Assembly: GCF_004010195.1 (NCBI RefSeq) | Contig: NW_025213520.1 | Coordinates: forward strand, 1 to 33,946 | Reading direction: 5' to 3' | DNA length: 33,946 nt | Source of the DNA: Chiloscyllium plagiosum | Taxonomy: Eukaryota | Part shown: piece by piece, positions 1 through 10,461 of the stretch | Numbering within the stretch: the stretch's first letter is position 1 | Layout of the letters: each line of letters begins with the position of its first letter | Notes under the pieces: generated by a model | What the model saw: the letters and a program-made list of their open reading frames with translations, nothing else | The model's database searches: none | What the model was told of the DNA's origin: nothing | Program-made: the position numbers and the translations under genes

Positions 1-273
1 GCAGCACTAGAATGCACACTCAGCAACAATGGACTGCCAGAAGAGACACATCAAACAGTGAGACAAAGTATCGTACCCCTGATAACAAGGAAAAGACAAA
101 CACACAACCTCAGCACCAAGGAGAGGGAAGCACTAAAAACACTAAGGAATGATAAGAACATAATCATACTACCAGCAGACAAAGGCAGAATGACGGTCAT
201 CCTGGACAAAGCAGAGTACATCCAGAAAGTGCAACAACTACTTGCAGATACTAACACCTACCAAAAGAGGGAG

Positions 274-356
274 NNNNNNNNNNNNNNNNNNNNNNNNNNN
301 NNNNNNNNNNNNNNNNNNNNNNNNNNNNNNNNNNNNNNNNNNNNNNNNNNNNNNNN
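274..356. other. Assembly gap (83 N)
   Basis: Run of N inside the PLE RT region; shows the assembly is scaffolded. Confidence 1.
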
Positions 357-1680
357 ACAATCAACACAGGAATTCTTGGACATCATCAGAAATATACATA
401 TAGACAAGGAAGAAACCATGGTCTCATTCGATGTAACGGCACTGTTCACCTCTATTGACAAAACCCGAGCCAGAGAAACAATAGCCAACCTGCTGGACAT
501 ACAGAACAGACAACAGGACATTGAACCTACTAACAAAGACAGCATACTCAAACCACTGGACCTGTGCCTCACAACACACTTCACATTCAACAACCAAATA
601 TATGAACAAATCAATGGCACACCCATGGCTCACCCATCTCTGGACTTATAGCAGAAGCTGTAATGCAAAGGTTAGAACAAACAGTCTTACCACAAATTCA
701 ACCCAAACTCTGGGTCAGATATGTGGATGACACCTCTGTAATTATTAAAAACACGGAAATAGAGAACACACACTGGATCATCAGTGCCACACTCACAGGA
801 ATCCGATTCACTAGAGAGGAAGAAATGGACAACCAACTCCCATTCCTAGACGTGATGGTACAGAGAACACCGAACGGAGAATTCACCAGAAAGGTACACA
901 GGAAAGCCACACACACAGACCAAGTCCTGAACTACGAAAGCAACCACCCCAACACACACAAAAGAAGTTGCAACAAGACACCGTTCAAAAGGGCCACAAC
1001 ACACTGCAGCATACCAGAACTGCAAAATGAGAAAGAAGAACACCTATATAATGTATTCGCCAAAAACGGATACCCGCGCAATTTCATCAACAGATGCCTA
1101 AGGAAAAGGCAACGGAATGGAGACATGCCACAACCCAAAGGACTAGCCACGTTACCATACATCAAGAACATTTCTGAACTGACAGCCAGACTACTACGAC
1201 CACTAGGACTCATAACAGCACACAAACCAACAGCCACTCTCAGACAACAACTTACCAGGACAAAGGACCCAATAACCAGTATGAGCAAAACCAATGTAGT
1301 GTACAAAATCCCATGCAAGGACTGCACAAAACACTATATAGGATGAACAGGAAGATAGCTAATGATCCGTATTCATGAACACCAACTAGCCACGAAATGA
1401 CATGACCAGCTAGCATTAGTAGCCACACACGCAGATGACAAGCAACATGAGTTCGACTGGGACAACACTACTATTATAGGGCAAGCCAAACAGGGAACAG
1501 CCAGGGAATTCCTAGAGGCATGACACTCATCCACAGATTCTATCAACAAACACATCGACCTGGACCCAATATACCGGCCACAGCAACGGACAGCTGGAAC
1601 TGACAACCGGAAGCAGCAGAGACAAACCACTGCAAATGCCGGAGGAAAGATCACAGAAGCGCTTCACAGGAGGCTCCCAA

Positions 1681-1720
1681 GCACTGAGGATGTCACCGAG
1701 ACAGGGGACGAAACATCTGC
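1681..1720 (+). ncRNA. Minimal type I hammerhead ribozyme motif at the PLE 3' end
   Basis: GCA-CTGAGGA-TGTC...GAC-GAAA-CA-TC-TGC: helix I GCA/TGC, core CUGANGA, helix II (U)GUC/GAC, GAAA, and a UC cleavage doublet. The helix III region reads ACAT instead of the palindromic ACGT, probably through CpG decay. Confidence 0.8.
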
Positions 1721-2039
1721 AACACAAATTCCCAGCTCGGCGAACAGAACCACAACAACGAGCACCCGAGCTACAAATCTTCTCACTAACTTTGAAAACC
1801 TCATATCAAAACAGACTTGCAACAGACAAAGAACATGCAATTTATACAGTTATTCCAATTGCCTCCATCTGGTACAGATCCTCCAATTGATGAAGATAAT
1901 ATTCTATCCAGAACATCCAGAGGTTAGCTATTTTTTACTTACACCAACTTCCATCCTACACTGTGTCCGAAAATACCTTCAATCAATCCATTAATTCCGA
2001 CACGACCTAACACCAGGGGAGGTGTGGAGATGTGCACGT

Positions 2040-2225
2040 GCAAGGGTGGTATGTGATAATTAGCAGAAGGTTCCCTTGCCCATGTTTCACTTGATGCCAG
2101 GTGACTTCGTTGGCTCCAGAGTCAGTTGTGAGCGCTCCCAGAGCATCTGTCCCCCATTGACATTATACCATTGTGCTGTCACATGTGCTTGGTCTTTCTT
2201 GCCACTGGAACAGGACATACCCAAG
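2040..2225 (-). mobile_element. Decayed LINE apurinic endonuclease fragment (L2/CR1 group)
   Basis: Minus-strand translation, with disruptions, gives GYVLFQWQERPS...DSGANEVTWHQVKHGQGNLLLIITYHP. This resembles the LINE APE region ending in YRPP. Confidence 0.55.
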
Positions 2226-2230
2226 CAAAT

Positions 2231-2507
2231 AGACAATAGACAATAGGTGCAGGAGTAGGCCATTCTGCCCTTCGAGCCTGCACCACCATTCAATATGGTC
2301 ATGGCTGATCATCCTTAATCAGTATCCTGTTCCTGCCTTATCTCCATGACGCTTGATTCCACAATCCTTGAGAGCTCTATCCAACCCTTTCTTAAATGAA
2401 TCCAGAGACTGGGCCTCCACTGCCTTCTGGGGAAGAGCATTCCACACAGCCACCACTCTCTGGGTGAAGAAGTTTCTCCTCACCTCTGTCCTAAATGGTC
2501 TACCCCG
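2231..2507 (-). mobile_element. CR1-type LINE 3' end, 5'-truncated
   Basis: Minus strand encodes ...RTEVRRNFFTQRVVAVWNALPQKAVEAQ..., then the 3' UTR stem (GGTGCAGGCTCGAAGGGCAGAATGGCCTACTCCTGCACC) and an (ATTGTCT)n tail. Confidence 0.85.
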
Positions 2508-2669
2508 TAGGACTGAAGTACAAAATAATGGTGGAAGAAATATCGAAAAGACATGGCTTAAAGTACTCTCTCTGATTGGATGGAGTTTTCTGAATCAGTT
2601 TGATGAATCAGCAGTGCACATAGTTAGACATGGCTGTACTGATTTTCATGGTTCACAAACACAGTATTA

Positions 2670-2972
2670 GGGGAGGCAATTGTCTCAGAGTACTATAGAT
2701 GGAGTGTTAATCCAAAGATCCAAGTAGTGTTCTGGGGACCTAAGTTCAAACCCTTCCACAGTCTAATGATCACCATGAATCCATTGCCAGGAAAACCCAC
2801 CTGGTTCACTAATGTCCTTTAAGGAAGGAAACTGCCATCCTTACCTGGTCTGGCCTATGTGTGACTCCAGACCCACAGTAATGTGATTGATTCTTAACTG
2901 CTCTCTGGACAATTAAAGATGGGCAATAAACGTTGGCTTTGCCATTTTCGTCCTCATCCTGTGATAGAATAA
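2670..2972 (+). mobile_element. Decayed tRNA-related SINE-like repeat
   Basis: B-box-like GTTCAAACCC near 2744, then a body (CTGGTTCACTAATGTCCTTTAAGGAAGGAAACTGCCATCCTTACCTGGTCTGGCCTA...GACTCCAGACCCACAG) that I recognise as a common elasmobranch interspersed repeat; family not assigned. Confidence 0.55.
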
Positions 2973-3012
2973 AGTTAGCTAGTGGAGGCGGTGGACTATT
3001 TGGAAGTAATTG

Positions 3013-4226
3013 TCTGATCGTTTATTAAAATTATAAAGAAGCAACAGTTTTGATATGATACATTCATCAATTAAGTACCGTAAGTAAACAGTCATGCCAA
3101 TTGTGGATTGTTCACTGATATCAGAGGACTAACAGGCTCTTGCTGCAGAATATTTCAGTCTCATTACATTGTTGGGGGTACCTTTCTTCAGACCATCCAG
3201 GGTGTGTGTGAACTCTTCCCTTGGTCATCCTCCTCTCCTTTTGGTCAGTCTTCTACCGGGCTGGTGATGCCTGATCAATGAAGACTTTCCAATGAAAACT
3301 GCTGCCTACTGGGTGTGCTTGATGGGAAATGCTCCCTTTGTTCCTCAGTCTATTCTACTCTTTGTCCCGCATAGATCCTCCAGTGTTTATTTGACCCAGC
3401 CCCTCTCCAGCACGGAATGTGGCACCTTAAATCTCTTGGCTCCTGCTGGATTTTCCAGCATAGTTTGGTTTTCGTCACTTCCTTGTACCCAGTGCAATTA
3501 TCTCAGTGAAGAATTGACATATCCCCTGCAGCTTTCCCCTTGCACCACTTATCCTGAGGCCTCCTCTCTGTGCCTGGCCCTCATTGTTCTTATTTCACAT
3601 TGCAGATTATTTTCTCTGTTCTGATCGTTTATTAAAATTATAAAGAAGCAACAGTTTTGATATGATACATTCATCAATTAAGTACCGTAAGTAAACAGTC
3701 ATGCCAATTGTGGATTGTTCACTGATATCAGAGGACTAACAGGCTCTTGCTGCAGAATATTTCAGTCTCATTACATTGTTGGGGGTACCTTTCTTCAGAC
3801 CATCCGGGGTGTGTGTGAACTCTTCCCTTGGTCATCCTCCTCTCCTTTTGGTCAGTCTTCTACCGGGCTGGTGATGCCTGATCAATGAAGACTTTCCAAT
3901 GAAAACTGCTGCCTACTGGGTGTGCTTGATGGGAAATGCCCCCTTTGTTCCTCAGTCTATTCTACTCTTTGTCCCGCATAGATCCTCCAGTGTTTATTTG
4001 ACCCAGCCCCTCTCCAGCACGGAATGTGGCACCTTAAATCTCTTGGCTCCTGCTGGATTTTCCAGCATAGTTTGGTTTTCGTCACTTCCTTGTACCCAGT
4101 GCAATTATCTCAGTGAAGAATTGACATATCCCCTGCAGCTTTCCCCTTGCACCACTTATCCTGAGGCCTCCTCTCTGCACCTGGCCCTCATTGTTCATAT
4201 TTCTCAGGGCAGGTTACTTTCTCTGT
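3013..4226. repeat. 607-bp direct tandem duplication (3013-3619 and 3620-4226)
   Basis: TCTGATCGTTTATTAAAA starts at both 3013 and 3620. The twin ORFs at 3292 and 3899 are offset by exactly 607 bp. Confidence 0.97.
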
Positions 4227-4684
4227 GTCAAATACCTGTGCTAATTGTCATCGAGCAGCCATTCATGATGTTGGCTGATCATTATCCCCTTGCCTGTCTT
4301 CATCTGAGAGTTAGTCCACCATTCTTTCAAAGAACGACTGCTTCTTATTTTGAAAAACAGCTCCTTAATAGAGTGCGTGTTTTGCACCAGGTGATTTGTT
4401 GATGTTAGCTCAATTGCTAGAATTTTGGAAAGACAAGTATTACTGTATTACCTGTGTAATAATTCAGAAGACCCAACTGGAAAGAAATATCATTGAACAA
4501 AAATGTAGAGCCACTACTTGTGACTTGCATAGACTAGTCTGAGATCAGGATAGACAGTGTTATAGACCCATCTCTGGGTCTGCTTTATAACAATTCCAGG
4601 AGCATATATTACTAGGAACTTAGAGCCAAGAGGATCTATAAGGAGAGCAGCCATTGATTGTCCATGGGTCTTGTTGGAGTTATG

Positions 4685-4840
4685 ACATCTATCTATCAAC
4701 CTCATAATTTTATACATGTCAACAACATGCTCGCTCAATTTCCTAGGCTCCTAAACTCCAAGGAAATAAACTCCAATCTGTCCAGGTGCCTTTTCTAAGT
4801 AAAATTCCCAGCCCAGGGCAGCATCCTGATAAACCGTCTT
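4685..4840 (-). mobile_element. Highly decayed CR1-type LINE 3' fragment
   Basis: Minus strand resembles IRMLPG...LDRLEFISLE...MYKIMRLIDR, the C-terminal region of CR1 ORF2. Confidence 0.55.
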
Positions 4841-5375
4841 GGCACTCTCACTGACGTGGTGCAGAGAGTTTTGAGCAGATACTACTGAATGCCCTTTGTG
4901 TAGAAGTTCATAATACAAAAGTTTACAAATTGGCAAAGAAGATTGTTCATAAATCCAGCAAATTGATGCACCTCCTTCACATTTGTTTGCCGCCTCAATA
5001 TACTTAACCTCTGTTATCTTCAGTCCCATGGTCTTCTGTAACTTGTTTTCTGTTTTTATCAGAACCAGAGACTAATACATCATCCATGATCCATTCCATT
5101 CTGGCAGATCATTGATTATTTCATACTGTCTGCATTAATGTTCTTCCAGAGCAATGGAAAGGTATAAACATATCATGAACCAGATCAAACCCTCACAAAA
5201 TATATTAAGAAGATATCCTGGACCCCAACTTTTTCTTTTTTTTTAAAACACAAATGTAAAACGTTGTGTTCCAGATGCAATTTGATTGACAAACTATCAC
5301 ATTTGGTGCACAAAGACACTTTATTTGTATTGCATAGGTAAATACAAAACAAAGAAAGAAGGCTTGGAATATCTT

Positions 5376-5652
5376 TAGTTAAAAATCACACAACACCAGG
5401 TTATAGTCCAACAGGTTTAATTGGAAGCACACTAGCTTTCGGAGTGACATTCCTTCATCAGGTGATTGTGGAGGGCTCGATCATAACACAGAATTTATAG
5501 CAAAAATTTGCAATGTGATGTAACTGAAATTATACATTGAAGAATTGATTGTCTGTCAAGCCTTTCATCTGTTAGAATACAGTGATAGTTTTACTTCTTT
5601 CATGTGTAAATCACAAAACCCTTTTTTTAAAAGTTGCATTCTCGGGTTAGGG
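5376..5652 (-). mobile_element. Short non-coding PLE-type 3' fragment carrying a hammerhead, flanked by a target-site duplication
   Basis: TTGGAATATCTT is repeated at 5364-5375 and 5653-5664 (15 bp with one mismatch if extended: GGCTTGGAATATCTT/GGGTTGGAATATCTT). The insertion contains a hammerhead followed by ATTAAA on the minus strand. Confidence 0.75.
5430..5464 (-). ncRNA. Minimal type I hammerhead ribozyme motif with intact core
   Basis: Minus strand reads CAC-CTGATGA-AGGA-ATGTCAC-TCC-GAAA-GC-TA-GTG: helix I CAC/GUG, CUGAUGA, helix II GGA/UCC, GAAA, palindromic AGCU helix III region and a UA cleavage doublet. Confidence 0.85.
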
Positions 5653-7559
5653 TTGGAATATCTTAACACTGTTGTAAAACAATGAAATAATAGATTATTT
5701 AACTACTAAAGAGCAACTGTTTGAATATAGTAACATTGCAATAGCACACCCTTGGAAAAGGCAAATTGAGTGAAATAGCTTGTGTGACATGCAATTCCAG
5801 CAGCAGGGAGAGAACCCCAGCTTATAAAAGACAGAGGAACAACAGCTTTTACATCCAGCTACAACACCCCATACTGAAAGTTAAACTAAAATCCCGGTTC
5901 TATGGGAGCTTGACCCCACCCCTTCAGGCTGCTTCTATTGTTCCAACTTTAAAAAAAATCCCAAGGCCTCACGTACTATTTACTTCATTGACATGGAACC
6001 TACCACTCATCACCACCATCTCAGTCTCTCTTCATAAAAAAGCCAGGACAAAACTCAACTCTTATAGTCACATGCAACAAGTGCTATTCCCAAATGGCAT
6101 CCACCATGAGTTTAGCAGCTGCTTGCTTTCATTCAATTTCATTGTCCGGTATGCATCTTTGTATCTAAGAGATGAAAACCTTTGTTTTGATAGGTTGTGG
6201 TCATGTTTCTTCCAGACCAAGATACATCTTCAAAGCCTAGGTAGGTCCTTTCAATCTAGACAGTGTCTCCAAACTTCTTAAAATTTTTCATTTCTAAAGC
6301 GACTGCTAGTTTCAATAGTGGGATCTTTCATTTTCTCCATTGCACCCACCTTTTGAAGCTATTCTATTTTGCTTTTCAAGCAAATCATTGGGCTGACTGA
6401 AAGGTTACCTTGGCAGAAATGAGTTCTCAAAAATTAGCTTGAGGGTAAAATAAAGGGCATTGCTCTTTTCCCACAGCATTGATTCCACAGTTAATAATCT
6501 AATCTGCTCAGGTTTCTTGATTAACTCTGTGTCAATTTCATAATTCCACTCTTGGAGAAAATGAAATTTATTTTAAATGTGCCTTTATCTCCAGAGGGAT
6601 AATATCTACCCAATGCCCTCTACAAAGTTGCAGGCTAGAATTTTAATTCTTGCTCCTATCAATAGCTGTCTCTGACACGGTCAAAACCCATTCACTTTGG
6701 CAGCAAGTTTCTGAACGCTTGGCACCGTTTTCCCCTGCTTGGTCGAGGGTGCAGCTATGGGCCACATCCCTGGCTCCACAGGCTTAAGTCGGATAAACTG
6801 ACCAGATTTATGTTCTGGGAAGGTGGGATACCAGGAAAGGCAACTCCAGCACAAAGAAGAAGCCACTTGCTACAGATGTATCTGGGCTGATGACACTTTG
6901 GTGATGATCGATAAAAGGAAACCAAAGCTAAAACAGTCCAACCCATGACACAATCTGTTAGAAACGATCCACGCTAACCCACTTAATGTCCTTTATCACT
7001 CGGGTAGCCCTCAATACTAACGCAAACCCACCGTGCCATATTTGTGTTCCGGTACTTTCTACACCACCCTTCATAATTCCAATCCAGCTTCACCCAGACC
7101 CACCCCCTGTAAAGATGTGAACTTCTACATGCAAAGGCAAGACTTCCAACATTGAGCCAATCCTGCCATTGCCGCAGTTGTGCGGAAAACCTGGCTCCCT
7201 GTTTCTTGTGGTGCAGAAAATGGTTTCTCCTTTGCTTACCAAATCCAAAACCACAATAAACGGAACTATTTAAAAGGAAATCATGCACAACGATAATTCT
7301 CCAAACAGAGTGGGCCTATCAATCAGGATTAATATCTAAGCTGACAGACTGGATACTCCTGCCTTGATAAACTCTGGGAACCAAGTAGGGCAAGCTCCTG
7401 AAAAGAAACTACATGCTGTTCACTGGTTCAACTGCAGTGCTACACCCGTGAAGGTTGGTGTTATATGTGGGGTCACCATACAGTGCAAGAGAGAGGGACA
7501 GTATTCAAAAGACTTACTTGACAGACACGGTGTATGGGTAACAGATGTGCAATCATAGC

Positions 7560-7621
7560 ATCCTTACAGTGTGGAAACAGGCCATTTAGCCCAACACATC
7601 CACACTGACCCTCTGAAGAGT
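7560..7621 (-). mobile_element. HE1/V-SINE-type 3' tail fragment
   Basis: CCTTACAGTGTGGAAACAGGCCATTTAGCCCAACA matches the tails of the longer SINE copies at 18010 and 20980. Confidence 0.7.
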
Positions 7622-8097
7622 ATCCTCCTGCTAATTTTGTTGTTCAATGAACCAAACAATATATTGAGTGAAATGATGTAGAACCTTGGAACCAGAAATG
7701 TGTGAAAAGCTGCTCAGCATTATGCTGTTTGGCTTTGTTCTAAAATGAATTGTACACACCAGTACAAAACACATTTTCAAAGTCTCAGTTTTCAGTGGTA
7801 ATGTAAATTTTCAATTGACTCCCTCCTTATTAATGACACAAAGAAACCACAGTGAGATAACAAATCACATTTATGTTACTTTGAAATAGAGTTTCAGAAG
7901 ACGGCGATGTTAGATGGACAAAAGACACTGGCAGAGAAATGCTGTTATTGACACTTGGATATTTCACAATCAAAGAAAATGATAAATGATATTGATATAT
8001 GTTCAATTGTTACTTACAGATTTTTTAGTTCTTGTTTGTGATGTTGCAGAATTTGGTTCTCACCTCATTCAAAACTGTATTTCAATTCATTATCACA

Positions 8098-8357
8098 GAA
8101 TCATACATTCAGTCTATTGAGTCCACACTAACACTCCAAAGTGCATCCCAACCATCTACCCTATCCACCTGCATTTCCCATGGCAAATCCACCTAGCCTG
8201 CAAATCTTTGGAGTGTGGAGGCATCCAGAGGAAATCTGTGCAGACACAGGGAGAACATGCAAATTCCATGCAGGCGTCCACCCGAGGCTGGAAACAAACC
8301 CGGGTCCCTGGTGCTGTGAGGCAACAGTGCTCTGAGCCTCCGTATTGCCCAACACCC
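8098..8357 (-). mobile_element. HE1-like V-SINE, decayed
   Basis: Minus strand shows a tRNA-like head (AGCACTGTTGCCTCACAGCACCAGGGACCCGGGTTTG) and the V-domain (GGAATTTGCATGTTCTCCCTGTGTCTGC). Confidence 0.8.
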
Positions 8358-8842
8358 TGGGAGAGTGAGCCAGTTTGTGATGATTGACAATTACCTTCTA
8401 GATGTCATTTAAATTTTAAACCAAGCTGCTTGATTCTGATTGGTCAAACCATTGTCCTGAGAGAAAAAAAGAACAGTGAGGGGCTGCCACCTTCTTTTGT
8501 TGAGTTAAACATGTGCGGTGCAAGAATAGGGTTCTGTGAAAGCTTGATGCTGAAATAGGAGCACATGAAAGGTATTCTGCAGGTTAAAGAGTACCCTGAT
8601 TTCCGTGGTAGCAGCCCTACTCATCAGAATCCACTTGCCAGTTTCCAATGACACCTAGAAACATGAAGCAGAGGACTAATACAAAGACTACAGTCTAGAA
8701 CTTCCAGATCCAGTCACGCTTAATGTCGGGGTTATCAGTGTTTGTGTCTTGTTAACTGATTAGCCATTTTGAAAAAGTCAAGAATGACAAATATAACTTG
8801 ATTGAAATTTATTTCTGGTACCTCATAGATCTGAAACAAATT

Positions 8843-8996
8843 AAAACAGAAAGTGCTGGAGAAAGTCATTAAGTCTGGCACCCTATGTAGACAGTTTGAC
8901 ACAGAATTAACCTGTCAAATCCAGTGACATTTAACTATGATTCTGTCTCTGCAGATGCTACCAGACCTGCTGAGTGTCCTTGGTTTTCCTTCTGTT
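8843..8996. mobile_element. Two decayed PLE-type 3' tails in inverted orientation
   Basis: ACAGAAAGTGCTGGAGAAAGTCATTAAGTCTGGCA (minus-oriented tail) faces TGCAGATGCTACCAGACCTGCTGAGTG...TTCTGTT (plus-oriented tail). Both resemble the tail at 9345-9400. Confidence 0.55.
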
Positions 8997-9339
8997 ATGG
9001 CAGGCCATTAATGCCACCCTGAAGAATACAGAGGGGTCACTTTGATCGGTTATGTCCCTTCAGCTTGCATGGGGCAATCATACTTTCCATATCTATTTAC
9101 TTTAGGGGGCCAGTGAGAACATTTCAGAAAAATAAGATATGCTGTAACAGTAAAAGTGGGTTTTATAAACATTGGGAATAAAGTTGACCATTAATGTGTT
9201 AGGGAGCAGCAGAATTAACTAACAAAACCTCCTTTTGCCTTTTCAGGTGCGGATCATAGCCAGAATGAGAGAGATTACAGCCAATGCCCTGGTGTATCTA
9301 AGACAAAGCGAAGGAGCTGGGTTTAACAAATACTGGAAC

Positions 9340-10060
9340 AAAAGCTGAAATTACTGGTGAAGCTCAGTAGGTCTGGCAGGTCTGTGGGAAGAAAACAGAT
9401 TTAACTTTTCAAGTTCGGCGACTTTTCATCAAAACTGATAGTGGCTCGAAACAAGTCGATTTTATGCTGAAGCCAAGATTGGGGTGGTCTCAAGATGAGC
9501 AGATGGGTGTAGTGCAAAAGAGTGCGATATTCAATAACGGCAGACAGAGAATTATTGATAGTGTATCTGGTCAGAAGAGAAGCTGAGTAAGTGATAATGA
9601 GAGCTGTAAGTAGGAGGCAGTCAGTAGGATGTGCTGACAGGTTGTTGCAATATGATTAAAAGTGGGGAGAGAGACAGTTTGTGCTGAAAGCAAATCATAT
9701 TAGGACAGATCAAGGGTGTGGTGGTGCATTTAGAAACATCATGAAATGGAGTCATCAGATTCTAAATATAATGAACTCTAGAGGTTCTAAGATTCCCAAG
9801 TGCAAACCAAATGTTTTTCTTTGAACATGCACTGAGGCTTTCTGGAACATTGCAACAGGACTCAGAAGAGTTTTCATGGGAACACACTGATGTGTTGAAT
9901 TGTTGGACAACTAGAAGCTCAGGATAATCACACAGGCAGTACGTAGATGTTCTGCAAAGCTGTCACACAGACTATGCTTTATCTCTGCATTGTAGAGATC
10001 ACAATGTGTCCAGTGAACAGAGTAGACCAGATTGGATGAACAACAGGTAAATCACAGCTC
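9340..10060 (-). mobile_element. Decayed Penelope-like element (Neptune-type): GIY-YIG region and 3' end
   Basis: Minus strand about 10050-9940 translates FTCCSSNLVYSVHWTHCDLYNAEIKHSLCDSFAEHLRT, comparable to the consensus-like FTCTSSNLVYCIRC..CGLLYIGETKRRLGDRFAEH. The 3' end near 9395-9437 holds a degenerate hammerhead (TTGATGA-AAAGT..ACTT-GAAA). Confidence 0.7.
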
Positions 10061-10063
10061 CAC

Positions 10064-10148
10064 TGAAGGACTTTTGCCCGAAATGTCGATTTTCCTGCTC
10101 CTCGGATGCTGCCTGACCTGTTGTGCTTTTCCAGCACCACTCTAATCT
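10064..10148 (+). mobile_element. PLE-type 3' tail with truncated/degenerate hammerhead
   Basis: GAAGGAC-TTTT-GCCC-GAAA-TG-TC followed by the tail CTCCTCGGATGCTGCCTGACCTGTTGTGCTTTTCCAGCA; the CUGANGA box is incomplete. Confidence 0.6.
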
Positions 10149-10461
10149 GAATGCCTCAGAGAGCTCATCCCATGAAGCCATATGGATAGAGATCAGGAAT
10201 ACAAGGGGTGCACTCACTATAATGGGGTTGTACTCCAAGTCTTCCAACAGCCAGCAGGAAATAGATGAACAGACATGTGAAGAGAAAATGTAAAAATGAA
10301 AGGGTTGCTGTGTTGAGTGATTTTAACTTCCTCTATACTGACTGAGATGGGGGAGGGGTGCTTGCTTGGTGCATCCAGAGGTAATCTTGTAACTATACCA
10401 GGAAAGGGATCACACTGCACCTGGAATAATAATATATCTGTTATGACAACTGTACCATTCA

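Larger units (their letters stand above)
1..1796 (+). mobile_element. Penelope-like retroelement (Poseidon-type), RT plus GIY-YIG endonuclease, disabled; 5' part lies outside the window
   Basis: PLE RT motifs ILPADKG, MVSFDVTALFTSI, QINGTPM(G)SP (1-bp frameshift near 630), WVRYVDD, LPFLDV and TLPYI. These are followed by the GIY-YIG segment NVVYKIPCKDCTKHYIG*TGR*L..RIHEH with in-frame stops (first at 1344-1346), then a 3' region containing a hammerhead motif. Confidence 0.92.
5171..6072 (-). mobile_element. Probable solo LTR (Gypsy-type), interrupted by a PLE-derived insertion
   Basis: Ends read TATCATGAAC... (TG decayed to TA) and ...GTCACA. AATAAA lies on the minus strand near 5320. The body resembles an elasmobranch LTR-like repeat from memory. 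No clean TSD. Confidence 0.4.

Noticed and set aside
1851..1923. Possible small plus-strand exon (CAG|TTATTCC...AGAG|GTTAGC)
   Set aside because: The splice signals are weak, and neither open frame resembles ENT1 or any protein I recognise.
3292..4402. Twin ORFs MKTAAYWV... as duplicated genes
   Set aside because: There is no recognisable domain; the ORFs repeat only because of the 607-bp duplication.
5644..5654. Telomere-like GGGTTAGGGTT
   Set aside because: It is under two units long and arises at the junction of the element end and its TSD.
5766..6281. 171-aa ORF
   Set aside because: It crosses the boundary of a probable LTR into flanking DNA and has no recognisable motif.
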